A stretch of 64,000 nt of DNA from a virus. Numbering within the stretch: position 1 is the first letter of the stretch; the number at the start of each line of letters is the position of its first letter. The DNA is taken from positions 64,001 to 128,000 of IMG/VR virus record IMGVR_UViG_3300028920_000037; one strand, 5' to 3'. The translations under genes and the position numbers were made by a program. The notes under the pieces are model-generated. The model searched no databases and was not told the DNA's origin. It saw only the letters and a program-made list of their open reading frames with translations. Below are positions 19,903-29,792 of this stretch, piece after piece.

Positions 19903-20436
19903 GTGAAGCGCGCACTGCTGCTGAATGCAGACTACACACCGATGCACTTCGTTGACGAGGAAGAGGCAATCTACCTGCTCTACCTCAACAAGGCGGAGAT
20001 GATCACAATGTTGAACGGTACGCCCAGCTCGTGGCCTGAGGGTCACGGTCTCGTGAACGGCGGAACGTTCCCAGCTGGAGCAACGCTCAGGCTCATGGAA
20101 CGTGTCACGAAGAAGTGGAAGTCACCTCGCTTCCGCAAGCGTGTCCTGTTCAACAGGGACGATTGGAAGTGCCAGTACTGTGGTACGCCAGTCACAACGT
20201 CCACGGCGACGATCGAACACGTGTTTCCACAGTCAAGGGGCGGCATGACAACGTGGCAGAACTGCGTCACTGCGTGTTCACCGTGTAACAGACGGAAGAA
20301 GAACAGGACGCCAGAAGAGGCAGGAATGTGCCTGTTGTCGCAGCCAAAGGCTCCATCGCCGCTGCACTTCTGGGACCTGAGAAGGACGAGCACCTGGCAC
20401 TCTGACTGGGATACGTTCCTTCGCGTTGACAACTGA
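19903..20436 (+). CDS. HNH endonuclease (McrA/HNH_5-like)
   Basis: LLLNADY, RD.WKCQYCG, TIEHVFPQSRGG..TWQNCVTAC..CN..K. AAGGAG RBS before GTG. Confidence 0.9.
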   Translation: MKRALLLNADYTPMHFVDEEEAIYLLYLNKAEMITMLNGTPSSWPEGHGLVNGGTFPAGATLRLMERVTKKWKSPRFRKRVLFNRDDWKCQYCGTPVTTSTATIEHVFPQSRGGMTTWQNCVTACSPCNRRKKNRTPEEAGMCLLSQPKAPSPLHFWDLRRTSTWHSDWDTFLRVDN

Positions 20437-20452
20437 TGCATACTTACTGGCT

Positions 20453-20830
20453 ATGAGGACGACCCTCAGCCAGGTTAGGAGTATCATCAGAGAGGAATTG
20501 GCCCGCCATCTTAATGAGGAATGGTGGGCTGAGTCATATTCTGGTAAGCTGTACGATGAGCCCGCGCTTGATCCAGAAAAAGAGACGCTCTGGATCGAAA
20601 AGGATTCGAAGCGCAAGATCAAGAAGTGGATGAAGGACATGGGCCTCGCCGAGGCTGTGTCCAACAGAGACATCCTCGCAAGGCTTCAAAACCTGAGTGA
20701 TAGCAATGTTGAGTACATAAAGGATCCCTTGAGCTATAGGGCCGGATCGCTCAGGTTCAACGAGCTCGAATACATCACGAGTAACGCTGATCCTACTACG
20801 ATCGCGTTGAAACAACACCCATCTGCCTAA
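20453..20830 (+). CDS. hypothetical protein with LRxxIRE-like N-terminus
   Basis: TACTTA at 20441. N-terminus MRTTLSQVRSIIREEL. Confidence 0.65.
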   Translation: MRTTLSQVRSIIREELARHLNEEWWAESYSGKLYDEPALDPEKETLWIEKDSKRKIKKWMKDMGLAEAVSNRDILARLQNLSDSNVEYIKDPLSYRAGSLRFNELEYITSNADPTTIALKQHPSA

Positions 20831-21127
20831 ACGTTTGGGCAGGCGATGATGAGTTGAAGTTTTATCTGAACGACGGTCGCCACCGCTGGTTGCCTGCACG
20901 GATGTACGGTGCGTCAAAGATACGTGCGGATGTCACGATCGACTATAGTGAGAATGATTCGATGCCGGTCGGTGTAATGACGATCGGAATTGCTTCCGAT
21001 GATCTAGGACGATTGATCAAGATCGCAGACAAGGTCTACAGAAAGGACCGCGAAAGACCTCCCGATCGCTCTTTGAGGTTCAATTGAGCGCTCGCCCGAG
21101 TCGTTATACTTATAGCGAGGAGTCCTC

Positions 21128-22282
21128 ATGAAGTTGAAGCTGCAACAGCTGCGTGCCGTGGCACGCAGCACCTTGGTAGAAGTCAAGGCAACCGAGGCGC
21201 TGCGTAACGCTATGCCGAAGGTTTTTGGTCCTGCTATGCGCGTAGATGGTGACCTCAAGGTGCTCGCTCGTAGGGTAAACGAGCGCCTCGATGTCATGGA
21301 GCGTACAGGAAACACCGCGATCATTGAGATTGCTACGGCGGTGCTTGCGCCGCTCGCAAGGAACCGATCAGCAGAAGTACGCAAGATGGTTGCAAGGCTT
21401 CTACCCAAGAACCTTACGACGAAGCTGTGTGAGGACAGGCATCCAGCTGTTAGGGCAGCAGTAGCTCGTAGGGTTCCATACGATGCGCTTTGTAAGATGT
21501 GTGAGAGGTTTCCAAACGACGACCAGCTGACAACCATCAAGGCAGAGCGCATCGACGAGGTGCTTGAACCCGTTGAAGAGCTTGATTCAAAAGCAATAGG
21601 TGAGACAGTCATGACGAACGTCAGCGAGTTGTCGAAGCAGTGGTACATGGAGGCTGCGCGCAAGCTCCTTGAGGACTACGGCGAGTTTACGAGGACTCCG
21701 GTACTCGCCGAACGTCACTGGAACCCGAAGGCGGTCGCTCGGTACTGTGCGAGCCTGAAGGCCTCGTGGGGCGTCGAGATCGATGCAAAGAAGCTTCAGG
21801 AGGCGGTCGATATGCTGCTTAGGGAGCTCGACGATCGCAGGGAGAATCAGTATGGAAACTCGCTGTCAGAGATCAAGAAGAACCTCGAACGTCTCGTTGA
21901 AAGTGACGACCGCGGCAAGCTTCCGATCATGCCAATCGTTGCTGAAGAGCGGACAGATCCGGTCAAGTCGTTGCTCGAGAACAGGTGCACGAACGCTGAG
22001 TACTTGAAGTTCTTTGAGTCAATGTTCAATGTTCGCAAGTCAACGATTCCAGCGACGATCAGGAAGTACAGACTCGGCGAAGGAATGTCAAAGGAGACGT
22101 TCGTTCCGATGAAGGCGCAGCTTCCACACGGTGTTTTGAATGAGGTGACTGAACAGGCGCTCAACAGGTACGTTGAGTGTTGGAACGCGGCGGTTGCGCT
22201 CGCTGGTGAGCCACTGAAGCTTGGTTGGAACATTGATCCGGCGAACATTGCGTCGGTCGGATTTGACCTGGAGCTCTTCTGA
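21128..22282 (+). CDS. protein with HEAT/LRV-like repeats
   Basis: SAEVRKMVARLL and DRHPAVRAAVARRV repeats. TACTTA and a GAGGAG RBS lie upstream. Confidence 0.65.
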   Translation: MKLKLQQLRAVARSTLVEVKATEALRNAMPKVFGPAMRVDGDLKVLARRVNERLDVMERTGNTAIIEIATAVLAPLARNRSAEVRKMVARLLPKNLTTKLCEDRHPAVRAAVARRVPYDALCKMCERFPNDDQLTTIKAERIDEVLEPVEELDSKAIGETVMTNVSELSKQWYMEAARKLLEDYGEFTRTPVLAERHWNPKAVARYCASLKASWGVEIDAKKLQEAVDMLLRELDDRRENQYGNSLSEIKKNLERLVESDDRGKLPIMPIVAEERTDPVKSLLENRCTNAEYLKFFESMFNVRKSTIPATIRKYRLGEGMSKETFVPMKAQLPHGVLNEVTEQALNRYVECWNAAVALAGEPLKLGWNIDPANIASVGFDLELF

Positions 22283-22836
22283 TGAGCAAAAAGAACATTC
22301 TAGAATCGCTCGAAGCGCAGATCATGATTCCGCCCGATGCTGACGCAAAGCTTCAGAGCCTGCTGCAGCACTGGGAAAGCACGTACTACGGAGCGCTGTC
22401 TGTCCTGCTTGCAAACCTTCGCTTCCTTGCGCTCCTTCATCAGTTTCATCACTGGACGGTTTCCGGTAGCTCGTACTACGGTGACCATCTGCTGTTTCAA
22501 CGCCTCTATGAGGGCGTCACTGAAGAGATTGACAGCCTTGCAGAAAGGGCAATCGGCCTGGGTTCAGAGTGCAACGTTGACCTCAGGATGCAGTTTGATA
22601 CGATCTACGCGTTCATCAAGGACTACAGCATGGCTGGGGTCACGTACGCTCGTGACGGAGACCTTGCATACAAGTCACTCGATGCAGAGTACAACTTCCT
22701 CCGTGTTGCTCAGGTAATCAGAGAGTATCTCGATGCGAACGGCATGCTGACAGGTGGCCTTGAGGACCTACTTCCTGCGATCGAAGGTAAGCACGAGGAA
22801 CACATCTATCTTCTGAAACAAAGGGTTGGTGGATGA
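22282..22836 (+). CDS. dps: Dps/ferritin-like protein
   Basis: HHWTVSG..YYGDHLLFQRLY....EIDSLAERAIGLG ferroxidase signature. Confidence 0.8.
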   Translation: MSKKNILESLEAQIMIPPDADAKLQSLLQHWESTYYGALSVLLANLRFLALLHQFHHWTVSGSSYYGDHLLFQRLYEGVTEEIDSLAERAIGLGSECNVDLRMQFDTIYAFIKDYSMAGVTYARDGDLAYKSLDAEYNFLRVAQVIREYLDANGMLTGGLEDLLPAIEGKHEEHIYLLKQRVGG

Positions 22837-23329
22837 CATGGAAGAGATTGCAGGAATCTGGGATGTATTAGCGCGACATGTCAAGTCGGACACAGGCAAG
22901 GAGCTGGATTCGCTTCAGCTCCAGCAGACGTTGGCCCCGTTTGATAGGCAGGACATCTCAGAAGAAGAACTTGCAAACATCGTTGCTGATGCTATCTCAG
23001 GCGGCGGTTCGTGGTTCGAAACAGACACGATCATCCAGGACATGGAACTGATGGGATTTCTGCTTCCGACGACGATTGATACGTCTGCGGCGAATCAGGT
23101 CTACACGCTCAACCTGACAGAGACGATTGACGTTGCGACAGCGTTGCTCCGTGAGAGGTTCGGTTGGCCGGTCAAGGCGACAGAACAGATGGTTGGAGTC
23201 GCTGACGAGGGCCCTGATGGAAAGACAACGTACGACGATGAGCCAAAGCCAGGAGATTGGGACGATTCTGTTTTTCGTGAGGACTTCAAGCGCTACGTCA
23301 GGTTCATCGCCGCCAGTTTGAACGATTGA
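22826..23329 (+). CDS. hypothetical acidic protein
   Basis: Packed ORF. Confidence 0.6.
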   Translation: MVDDMEEIAGIWDVLARHVKSDTGKELDSLQLQQTLAPFDRQDISEEELANIVADAISGGGSWFETDTIIQDMELMGFLLPTTIDTSAANQVYTLNLTETIDVATALLRERFGWPVKATEQMVGVADEGPDGKTTYDDEPKPGDWDDSVFREDFKRYVRFIAASLND

Positions 23330-23354
23330 ACAGCGTGTGCTCGTAGCATAGAAT
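23326..23354 (+). promoter_or_regulatory. sigma70-like promoter (leaderless)
   Basis: TTGAAC-N17-TAGAAT, with ATG at 23361. Confidence 0.7.
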
Positions 23355-23360
23355 CGGTCT

Positions 23361-23888
23361 ATGGAACACGACGAGGAACCGATCAACGCACTGTGTAGGA
23401 CGGCAAACATGGTCGATGTGTTTGCTGTTCTGATCTACAAGCACGACCCGATGTCGCTCCAGTCTCCCGATCCACTCGAGTATGAATCTGAAGCGTTATC
23501 GATCACCGCACGGTTCATTGAGTCGGGCGTGCACGCTGCAAACGATGACGTTGCTGTGCCTGCTGCAGTCGAGATCGTAAGGAACGCGTTTATCTTCTGG
23601 TTTGAAGACGATGATGCAGCACTCAGCGCTCGTGCAAAGGGAGCGGACTACGGTCCGCTCGCAAAGGAGCTTGTTGAAGCGCTTCGCACAGAATTTGTGG
23701 AGGAGTTTGCAGAGCTCGATGAAGAATCGCCCACTGGCGTGCAGGCAGAGTTTGCTGCCGCTGTTGGCTTGAACGTTGAGTTTCCGCTGAGCGAACGTAC
23801 AACGCCCGGAACGCCTCGTGCCAAGGTCGTTGCAGAGGATAACATGGATCTTGATGGTCCACCAATCATCATCAGGGAGAAAAAGTGA
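23361..23888 (+). CDS. hypothetical protein
   Basis: ORF with GTGA overlap with the next gene. Confidence 0.65.
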   Translation: MEHDEEPINALCRTANMVDVFAVLIYKHDPMSLQSPDPLEYESEALSITARFIESGVHAANDDVAVPAAVEIVRNAFIFWFEDDDAALSARAKGADYGPLAKELVEALRTEFVEEFAELDEESPTGVQAEFAAAVGLNVEFPLSERTTPGTPRAKVVAEDNMDLDGPPIIIREKK

Positions 23889-24862
23889 AGAACGTTCTCA
23901 TCACCGGTGCCGCAGGGTTCCTAGGTAGTCACCTTGCCCAAAGGTTCATCAACAACGGAGACTTCGTCATAGGAGTCGACAACTTTTCGACGGCACTCGG
24001 CGTAGATGCAATTCACTTCACTGCGCTTCAGGTGCAGAAGCACTTTGAGTTCTATAGGATGGACATCCGTGATCTTTTAAAGATCGGCACCCTCATCGCA
24101 AGGTTCAAGCCGTCGCTCATCCTGAACTTTGCGTGTCCAGCATCACCACCAAGGTACCAGGCTGAACCGATCCAAACCTTGATGACGAGCGTTCAGGGAC
24201 TAAACAACGTGCTTTCGGCCGTCAGGCTGGCCTGTATCAGGCCCACGATCATCCACGCGTCGACCAGCGAGGTCTATGGAGACCCAGAGATGTCTCCACA
24301 ACCTGAGACGTACTTCGGTCGCGTGAACTCGTATGGACCGCGTAGCTGCTACGATGAGGGCAAGCGTGCTGCAGAGGCACTGTGTTTCGACTATGCGAAC
24401 CTGGGTATGGATATCAGGCCGGTCCGCATCTTCAACACCTATGGTCCTCACATGGACCCCGATGACGGCCGCGTCGTCAGCAATTTCATCTGCCAGATGC
24501 TTCGCGACGAACCGATGACAATCTACGGCGACGGTGAGCAGACGCGTTCGTTTTGCTACGTTGACGACCTCGTAGAAGGGATCTATCGTGTCAGTGAGCT
24601 TCCTGTCGGAGTATTGAACGGACCGATCAACCTGGGGAATCCAAACGAGTTCACGATCAAGGAACTCGCGTTCAAGGTTGCAAAGGCACTTGGCAAGAAG
24701 CCTCAGATCACGTTTGACGCGTTTCCCATCAACGACCCGCTTCAGCGCAAGCCTGACATCACGCTTGCGAAACAATTTCTCAATGGGTGGGGACCAAAGG
24801 TCCAGCTCGACGATGGACTTCCTCCGACGATTGAGTGGTTTAAGAATCTTCTAGAGAAGTGA
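23885..24862 (+). CDS. UDP-glucuronate decarboxylase (UDP-xylose synthase), extended SDR
   Basis: TGAAGFLGS, ACPASP..YQ, ASTSEVYGDP, YDEGKR, RIFNTYGP, DGRVVSNF. Confidence 0.9.
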   Translation: MKNVLITGAAGFLGSHLAQRFINNGDFVIGVDNFSTALGVDAIHFTALQVQKHFEFYRMDIRDLLKIGTLIARFKPSLILNFACPASPPRYQAEPIQTLMTSVQGLNNVLSAVRLACIRPTIIHASTSEVYGDPEMSPQPETYFGRVNSYGPRSCYDEGKRAAEALCFDYANLGMDIRPVRIFNTYGPHMDPDDGRVVSNFICQMLRDEPMTIYGDGEQTRSFCYVDDLVEGIYRVSELPVGVLNGPINLGNPNEFTIKELAFKVAKALGKKPQITFDAFPINDPLQRKPDITLAKQFLNGWGPKVQLDDGLPPTIEWFKNLLEK

Positions 24863-24995
24863 CGTCTTCGTAGGTACAACGTAGGAATGACCCGTCCCGC
24901 CCGAGAAGCTAGACGTGAAGCCGCCAGTAGGTACGATTCTGAGCGTCACGGAGGTGGTAGAAATTGATGCTTGGCACACCGTGAGCTCCGGGTGC

Positions 24996-25415
24996 TCAAG
25001 CATGGACATAGTAGGACACGTGGACCGTCACCCCAGCGAGAGCGTAGGAGGATTCAGCTTCTGACATATTAGGAATGTGTCCCTCTGCGAGCAAGCGGAA
25101 GCCCAGGTCGATCCCGCGGAGGCGCGACGCACTCCCAGGAACCATCTTGACCTTGCAGATTGAGACGACATCGAGTTCCAAGAGCGCGTCGCTCGCCACC
25201 TGGCAGGTTGGATGTTGAGGGTCGAGCCAGTGTTGCGCAGCCTCTTCAACCAACTCAGCGGTATCAGGCCGCCGGTCGAGCAACAATTCATAATCACGCG
25301 GCGTGTACTGAATCACAGCGTCGGTTTCGTTGAGTTGGTGGTCAGCGGCGAGTATCTTTCGCTTTGATCTCTTAGAGAGCCTGTTCGCCGCGTACAGGAT
25401 TTTAAGCATGGTCAA
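24996..25415 (-). CDS. hypothetical protein (rare minus-strand gene)
   Basis: Only ORF filling the gap between + strand genes. Confidence 0.45.
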   Translation of the reverse strand: MTMLKILYAANRLSKRSKRKILAADHQLNETDAVIQYTPRDYELLLDRRPDTAELVEEAAQHWLDPQHPTCQVASDALLELDVVSICKVKMVPGSASRLRGIDLGFRLLAEGHIPNMSEAESSYALAGVTVHVSYYVHA

Positions 25416-25466
25416 TTGTAGGCCTTACGCAGTGTAGCTGCACCTCACGTATGGTAGTGTTGTTGC

Positions 25467-25670
25467 ATGGTCTATGAATACAAGTGTGCATCTTGTGGGA
25501 AGATGCACGAGATCGAACATGCAATCAGCGAAGAACCTCGAACAGTGTGTCCTGCGTGTGGTAAAGATTCACTTAGGAGGCAGATCAGTGGAGCACCCAG
25601 GTTTATCCTGAAGGGTCGTGGGTGGGCGTCAGACGGATATTCTTTGCCAGAAAAGGTGTCCTCTGACTGA
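25467..25670 (+). CDS. FmdB-family zinc-ribbon regulatory protein
   Basis: YEYKC..CG...CPACG....R.IS...F.LKG.GW..DGY. Starts 7 nt after GTGTAG-N17-TAGTGT. Confidence 0.85.
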   Translation: MVYEYKCASCGKMHEIEHAISEEPRTVCPACGKDSLRRQISGAPRFILKGRGWASDGYSLPEKVSSD

Positions 25671-25708
25671 TCGAACTACAGCCCTGTGGCTGCATAGAGG
25701 AACGCTCA

Positions 25709-26053
25709 ATGTTTGTTCCAATCCTAAGCACAGAAGAAGCACTAGTTCGGATTGCGTTGTTCTGGATGAAAATGGATAACTTGGGTCTGTGTCGACCTTA
25801 CAACCATGTAGCTCAGCTTTGTGTTGAATCCGCGCTGGCTCGTGGTGATCAAAAAAGTGCGGAAACCTTGGTTGTTGATAACCAGCCAAGATGCAATGTT
25901 AAGCAGATTTCTAGGTTTGTCCCTGGAAGACACTACTATGCGCTTGATCGTAAGTTTTTAACCTACGATTTGGCTGTGACGTATTTACGAGATCGTGGAT
26001 ATACAGTTCATCCTGAGGTGTTTGAGTACAGAATCCTTAGAGAAGGAGATTGA
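25709..26053 (+). CDS. hypothetical protein
   Basis: ORF with GAGG RBS. Confidence 0.5.
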   Translation: MFVPILSTEEALVRIALFWMKMDNLGLCRPYNHVAQLCVESALARGDQKSAETLVVDNQPRCNVKQISRFVPGRHYYALDRKFLTYDLAVTYLRDRGYTVHPEVFEYRILREGD

Positions 26054-26316
26054 TTTGGATGCTTACGGGATAAGCAAGGAAGAACGAACATGGCAATGTC
26101 AGGGGACCTTCTTGGTCCCCTGCGTCGTATGCAGGCGATGATGCAGTGACGTATAATCAAGCTATGGTACACAGATACCTACGGACGACGTTCAGGATAG
26201 ATTGACACTTGAAAAGTTTAGGAAGCTTGAAGAATTTGCTTGTCAGTTGTGAACATCCGCGTCATCTACGGTTTGTCAATTCATATTTCTCCAGGAACAC
26301 TTTCAAAACTTGTTAG

Positions 26317-26751
26317 GTGCAGATGATATCAAACGAAAAAGAACCTCCTCACACCCTTCGGGCGTGCGAGAACCATCCAACAGTACAGAAGATCAACAAG
26401 CTCTGTGAAGTCGCTCAAGAGCTCGGTGTCTACGTTCAGTTCTTTGGGCACCGTACGTTTGTTACTGACAAAGAATTTCCTGGTCGCCTTTACGATATCA
26501 GCGACATTGGGAATTCAGACGAAGCGATCAGCGATTTCCCACCTCAGCTTGACTACAAGCTTACGTTTGAGAATCCAAAGTGGACGAACTGGAACAATGA
26601 AAATAACGCTCGCCGCGAAAAAGAACGTAGACAGGCTGAGGCTGAGGAGCGACGCGTTCGCGAGGAAGAAGAACGTCAAAAGGCACGAGCTCTCGAAGAG
26701 CGTGAGCGGCAAGAACTCGCTCGTCTGAAGGAGAAGTATAGAGATGAGTAG
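26317..26751 (+). CDS. hypothetical protein with charged coiled-coil tail
   Basis: EERERQELARLKEKY tail. Confidence 0.65.
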   Translation: MQMISNEKEPPHTLRACENHPTVQKINKLCEVAQELGVYVQFFGHRTFVTDKEFPGRLYDISDIGNSDEAISDFPPQLDYKLTFENPKWTNWNNENNARREKERRQAEAEERRVREEEERQKARALEERERQELARLKEKYRDE

Positions 26752-27241
26752 CATGAAGCACAAGTTCAGGTTTCCTGTCGGTGACTGGTCGGGTGACGGT
26801 CATGGTAAGTGTGAATGGTTTCAAGTTCGAAGCAACCAACCTGTCGAGAAATGGCGTGAGGCGTACTTTGCATCATTGATCAAATTCAATGAACACGACA
26901 TCGCACCTGATAGTCACCACAATGGCAGGAAGGATAGAGGCTGGCCTCTGCACAAGATGCGTGAGCTCGTTGGTTTCAAATTTCCAAATACCGATTATGA
27001 CTGGCAGTATGACCAGCAAAGGGGAGAAAAGATCGAAGTCATACAAGATATTCCAAGGGTTGGATTTCCGGATCCGAAGGACGCCGTAGGGTACACGCTC
27101 GCGTTCTGCCAGGCGTCTGATTCGTCGCTGAAGTTCGAGATCATTGAAAAAGAAACTGAGATGTTTCAGTTCTACGGTTTCGACGAGCAGGAAAGGCACA
27201 TCGGTCACATCGGTTACGAAATCTTCATGGATGGTTGGTGA
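26744..27241 (+). CDS. hypothetical protein
   Basis: GDWSGDGHG motif. Overlapping start. Confidence 0.65.
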   Translation: MSSMKHKFRFPVGDWSGDGHGKCEWFQVRSNQPVEKWREAYFASLIKFNEHDIAPDSHHNGRKDRGWPLHKMRELVGFKFPNTDYDWQYDQQRGEKIEVIQDIPRVGFPDPKDAVGYTLAFCQASDSSLKFEIIEKETEMFQFYGFDEQERHIGHIGYEIFMDGW

Positions 27242-27310
27242 TGAATTCCGTGTCATATGCGTGTACAATCGTCAGTCCACAGGAGATATTGAAGATCTGC
27301 GGAGGTACAC

Positions 27311-27532
27311 ATGAAAGCAACGGCTGAATTCACGATCATCGAGCTAGAGCCAGGTACGTATTTTTCAGGATACGTCGGTACGTTGCCTCTTACGATTGAG
27401 TGGGCAAGCGTCGGTAACCCGCTGCTTGCGACAAGAGCACAACCAGGGTCGCTCGATGCTATTAAGGAAATGTTTCCGCATGCAAGGTACATGAGGGTCG
27501 AGGCAACCGCAGAGTGCGAGTACTATGAGTGA
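27311..27532 (+). CDS. hypothetical protein
   Basis: GGAGG RBS. Overlaps the dnaE start. Confidence 0.55.
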   Translation: MKATAEFTIIELEPGTYFSGYVGTLPLTIEWASVGNPLLATRAQPGSLDAIKEMFPHARYMRVEATAECEYYE

Positions 27533-29792
27533 GAAAACAATCAAGCGTGGTGCTCGAGTTGTCGATCCTGAATGCGTTTTACCGAAACGATTTGTTTCGC
27601 TTCATAACCATAGTGGATTTTCCACATATGATGGTTTGGGACCTCCGGAAGCTCACTTTGATTTTTGTATGGAAAATGGCTTAGATGCTCATGCCATTAC
27701 GGATCATGGCCATATGAATGGGTATGCAGCATCTCAATTGTACTATGAGAAGCTTAAGGATCAAGGGAGAGATTTTAAGTTCATACCTGGATGTGAATTT
27801 TATGTCCATCCTGACCTCGATGACTGGGCTCGCTACAGAGCACAGGAAGAGCAGAACAAGGAAGAGCGCAAGAAGGCTGAGCGTGCTGCGAGGAAACGTG
27901 GTGATGCTCCTGATAACGATGTTGACAATGCAAATGCATTGACAGTTGAGAACGAAGAGGCGTCTAAGACCAATAAGTACCGTGACCCATTGAAGCGCCG
28001 CCATCACCTTGTGGTGCTGCCTAAGAACACAGCAGGCCTCAAGAAAATCTTTTCACTGGTCTCCTATGGCTACTTGGATGGGTTTTATCGGTTCCCTAGG
28101 ATTGACATCAAGAGGATAAAGGCTGTCGCAGATGATGACATCATCCTCTCGTCGGCATGCATCGGTGGGCCCCTAGCATACGAGATCTTCGGTGTATTTG
28201 CAGACGCACAGTGGGATGAGATGGGCCCACACCTGCTCAACGACTCATCGAACTACGAAAAGGTGATGCGTGCCCTGGGCAACGCACACGACATGTACGC
28301 TGACTCTGTGGGTGTTCACAACATGTTCCTCGAGCTGCAGTTCAACAAGATGCCACAGCAGGACCTAGTAAACCTAGCGCTGCTCAGATACGCAGTCGCA
28401 AACGGCATACAGGATCAGCTCATCGTCACATGCGACGCCCACTATCCAGGACCAGACCTCTGGCGTCAGAGGATCATGTACAAGAAGCTTGGGTACCTGA
28501 ACTACACAGAGATCGATCCGTCGGCGATCCCTAAGTCGAAGGACGAGCTCGAGTGTGAACTCTATCCCAAAAATGCCCAGCAGCTCTGGGAGGAGTATGT
28601 GGGTTGTAAGGCTAGGTCGTCCGAGTACGAGGCGATCGAGGGCATCGATGAGATCGTCTGTGCCGCCGTAGAGCGTACGTACGACATCGCTCATACTGTC
28701 ATAGACGAGCTTCCTCCAGACAGAGAGGCAAAGTTTCCTCACATCAGTGCAGAGGGTGATAAGCCATTCAACTACCTCGTTCAGATGTGCAAGAAGGGCT
28801 TGAAGAAGCGTGGACACGCCCACAAGCTCGAATATGTTGATCGCCTAAAGGAAGAGCTCGGGGTCATGAAGGAGCTCGGAGTCTCGAGGTACTTCAACAC
28901 CCTTGCTGTCGTCATGCAGCTTGCACGTACGAAGGTGCTTACGGGACCGTGCAGAGGATCTGGTGGTGGTTCGCTCGTGAACTACTGCCTGTACATCACG
29001 GATGTCGATCCGATCAAGTACGACCTGTACTTCTCGAGGTTCATGTCGGTGTACCGAAAGGGTATGCCTGACGTTGACATCGACATCGATGATCGCGATA
29101 CTGTCCTTGACCTGTTGCGCAGCGAGTTTGGCTACACAAACGTCGTTCCGATCTCAAACTATAACCTCTTGAAGCTCAAGAGCCTGACAAAGGATGTGTG
29201 CAAGTTCTTTGGCGTGCCGTTCGAAGAGGTGAATGCCGCGATGCGTACCGTCGAGGACGACGTCAGGAAGTCGACCCTCAAGGAAGGCGACGACAAAAAC
29301 CTGTTTCAGCTGACGTTTGACGAGGCGATGGAACATTCGCCGAGTTATCGCGAGTTCATCGAAAAGCTTGCCGAAGACTTCCCAGAGGCCGTGGAGTCAA
29401 TCCAGGCGCTCTATAAAGAACAACGTTCGCTCGGACGCCATGCGGGTGGAGTCCTTGTTGTTGACGATCTGCGAGACAAGATGCCTCTCATTACCTCGGG
29501 TGGCGAACCACAGTCGCCGTGGGTCGAAGGCATGGCCGTAAAACATTTAGAAAAAATTGGTAATTTCATCAAATACGATTTATTGGGTCTACTTACTCTT
29601 CGTTTGATTAGGCGAACAATTGAATTAGTGCTTGAGAAACAGGTTCGAATTGATATTGACGGTCAAACGTTGTTTCTTGCGCCCGAGGAAAAGGTCGAAC
29701 TTACAGCAGGCATGTTCAAAAAAGCCAAAGATATCATAGAAGGTGATGAAATTGACGACGATTGGCTCAGAACTTACACAGAAGGTGCTTGA
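27525..29792 (+). CDS. dnaE: DNA polymerase III alpha, fragment 1 (PHP + palm), with a 50-aa degenerate Hint-like tail
   Basis: HNHS..STYDG, TDHG, GCE, CDAHY (PHP), then RGSGGGSL, MPDVDID, RHAGG, KYDLLGL. Confidence 0.92.
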   Translation: MSEKTIKRGARVVDPECVLPKRFVSLHNHSGFSTYDGLGPPEAHFDFCMENGLDAHAITDHGHMNGYAASQLYYEKLKDQGRDFKFIPGCEFYVHPDLDDWARYRAQEEQNKEERKKAERAARKRGDAPDNDVDNANALTVENEEASKTNKYRDPLKRRHHLVVLPKNTAGLKKIFSLVSYGYLDGFYRFPRIDIKRIKAVADDDIILSSACIGGPLAYEIFGVFADAQWDEMGPHLLNDSSNYEKVMRALGNAHDMYADSVGVHNMFLELQFNKMPQQDLVNLALLRYAVANGIQDQLIVTCDAHYPGPDLWRQRIMYKKLGYLNYTEIDPSAIPKSKDELECELYPKNAQQLWEEYVGCKARSSEYEAIEGIDEIVCAAVERTYDIAHTVIDELPPDREAKFPHISAEGDKPFNYLVQMCKKGLKKRGHAHKLEYVDRLKEELGVMKELGVSRYFNTLAVVMQLARTKVLTGPCRGSGGGSLVNYCLYITDVDPIKYDLYFSRFMSVYRKGMPDVDIDIDDRDTVLDLLRSEFGYTNVVPISNYNLLKLKSLTKDVCKFFGVPFEEVNAAMRTVEDDVRKSTLKEGDDKNLFQLTFDEAMEHSPSYREFIEKLAEDFPEAVESIQALYKEQRSLGRHAGGVLVVDDLRDKMPLITSGGEPQSPWVEGMAVKHLEKIGNFIKYDLLGLLTLRLIRRTIELVLEKQVRIDIDGQTLFLAPEEKVELTAGMFKKAKDIIEGDEIDDDWLRTYTEGA

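Noticed and set aside
21004-21663. Long minus-strand ORFs overlapping + strand genes (this one, 12111-12659, 24200-24775, 42886-43497, 54376-54951 and others)
   Set aside because: They are antisense shadows of well-supported genes and have no motifs of their own.
26100-26122. Perfect 9-bp hairpin CAGGGGACC-ttctt-GGTCCCCTG as terminator or ncRNA
   Set aside because: No U-tract and no supporting context, so it is insufficient to call.
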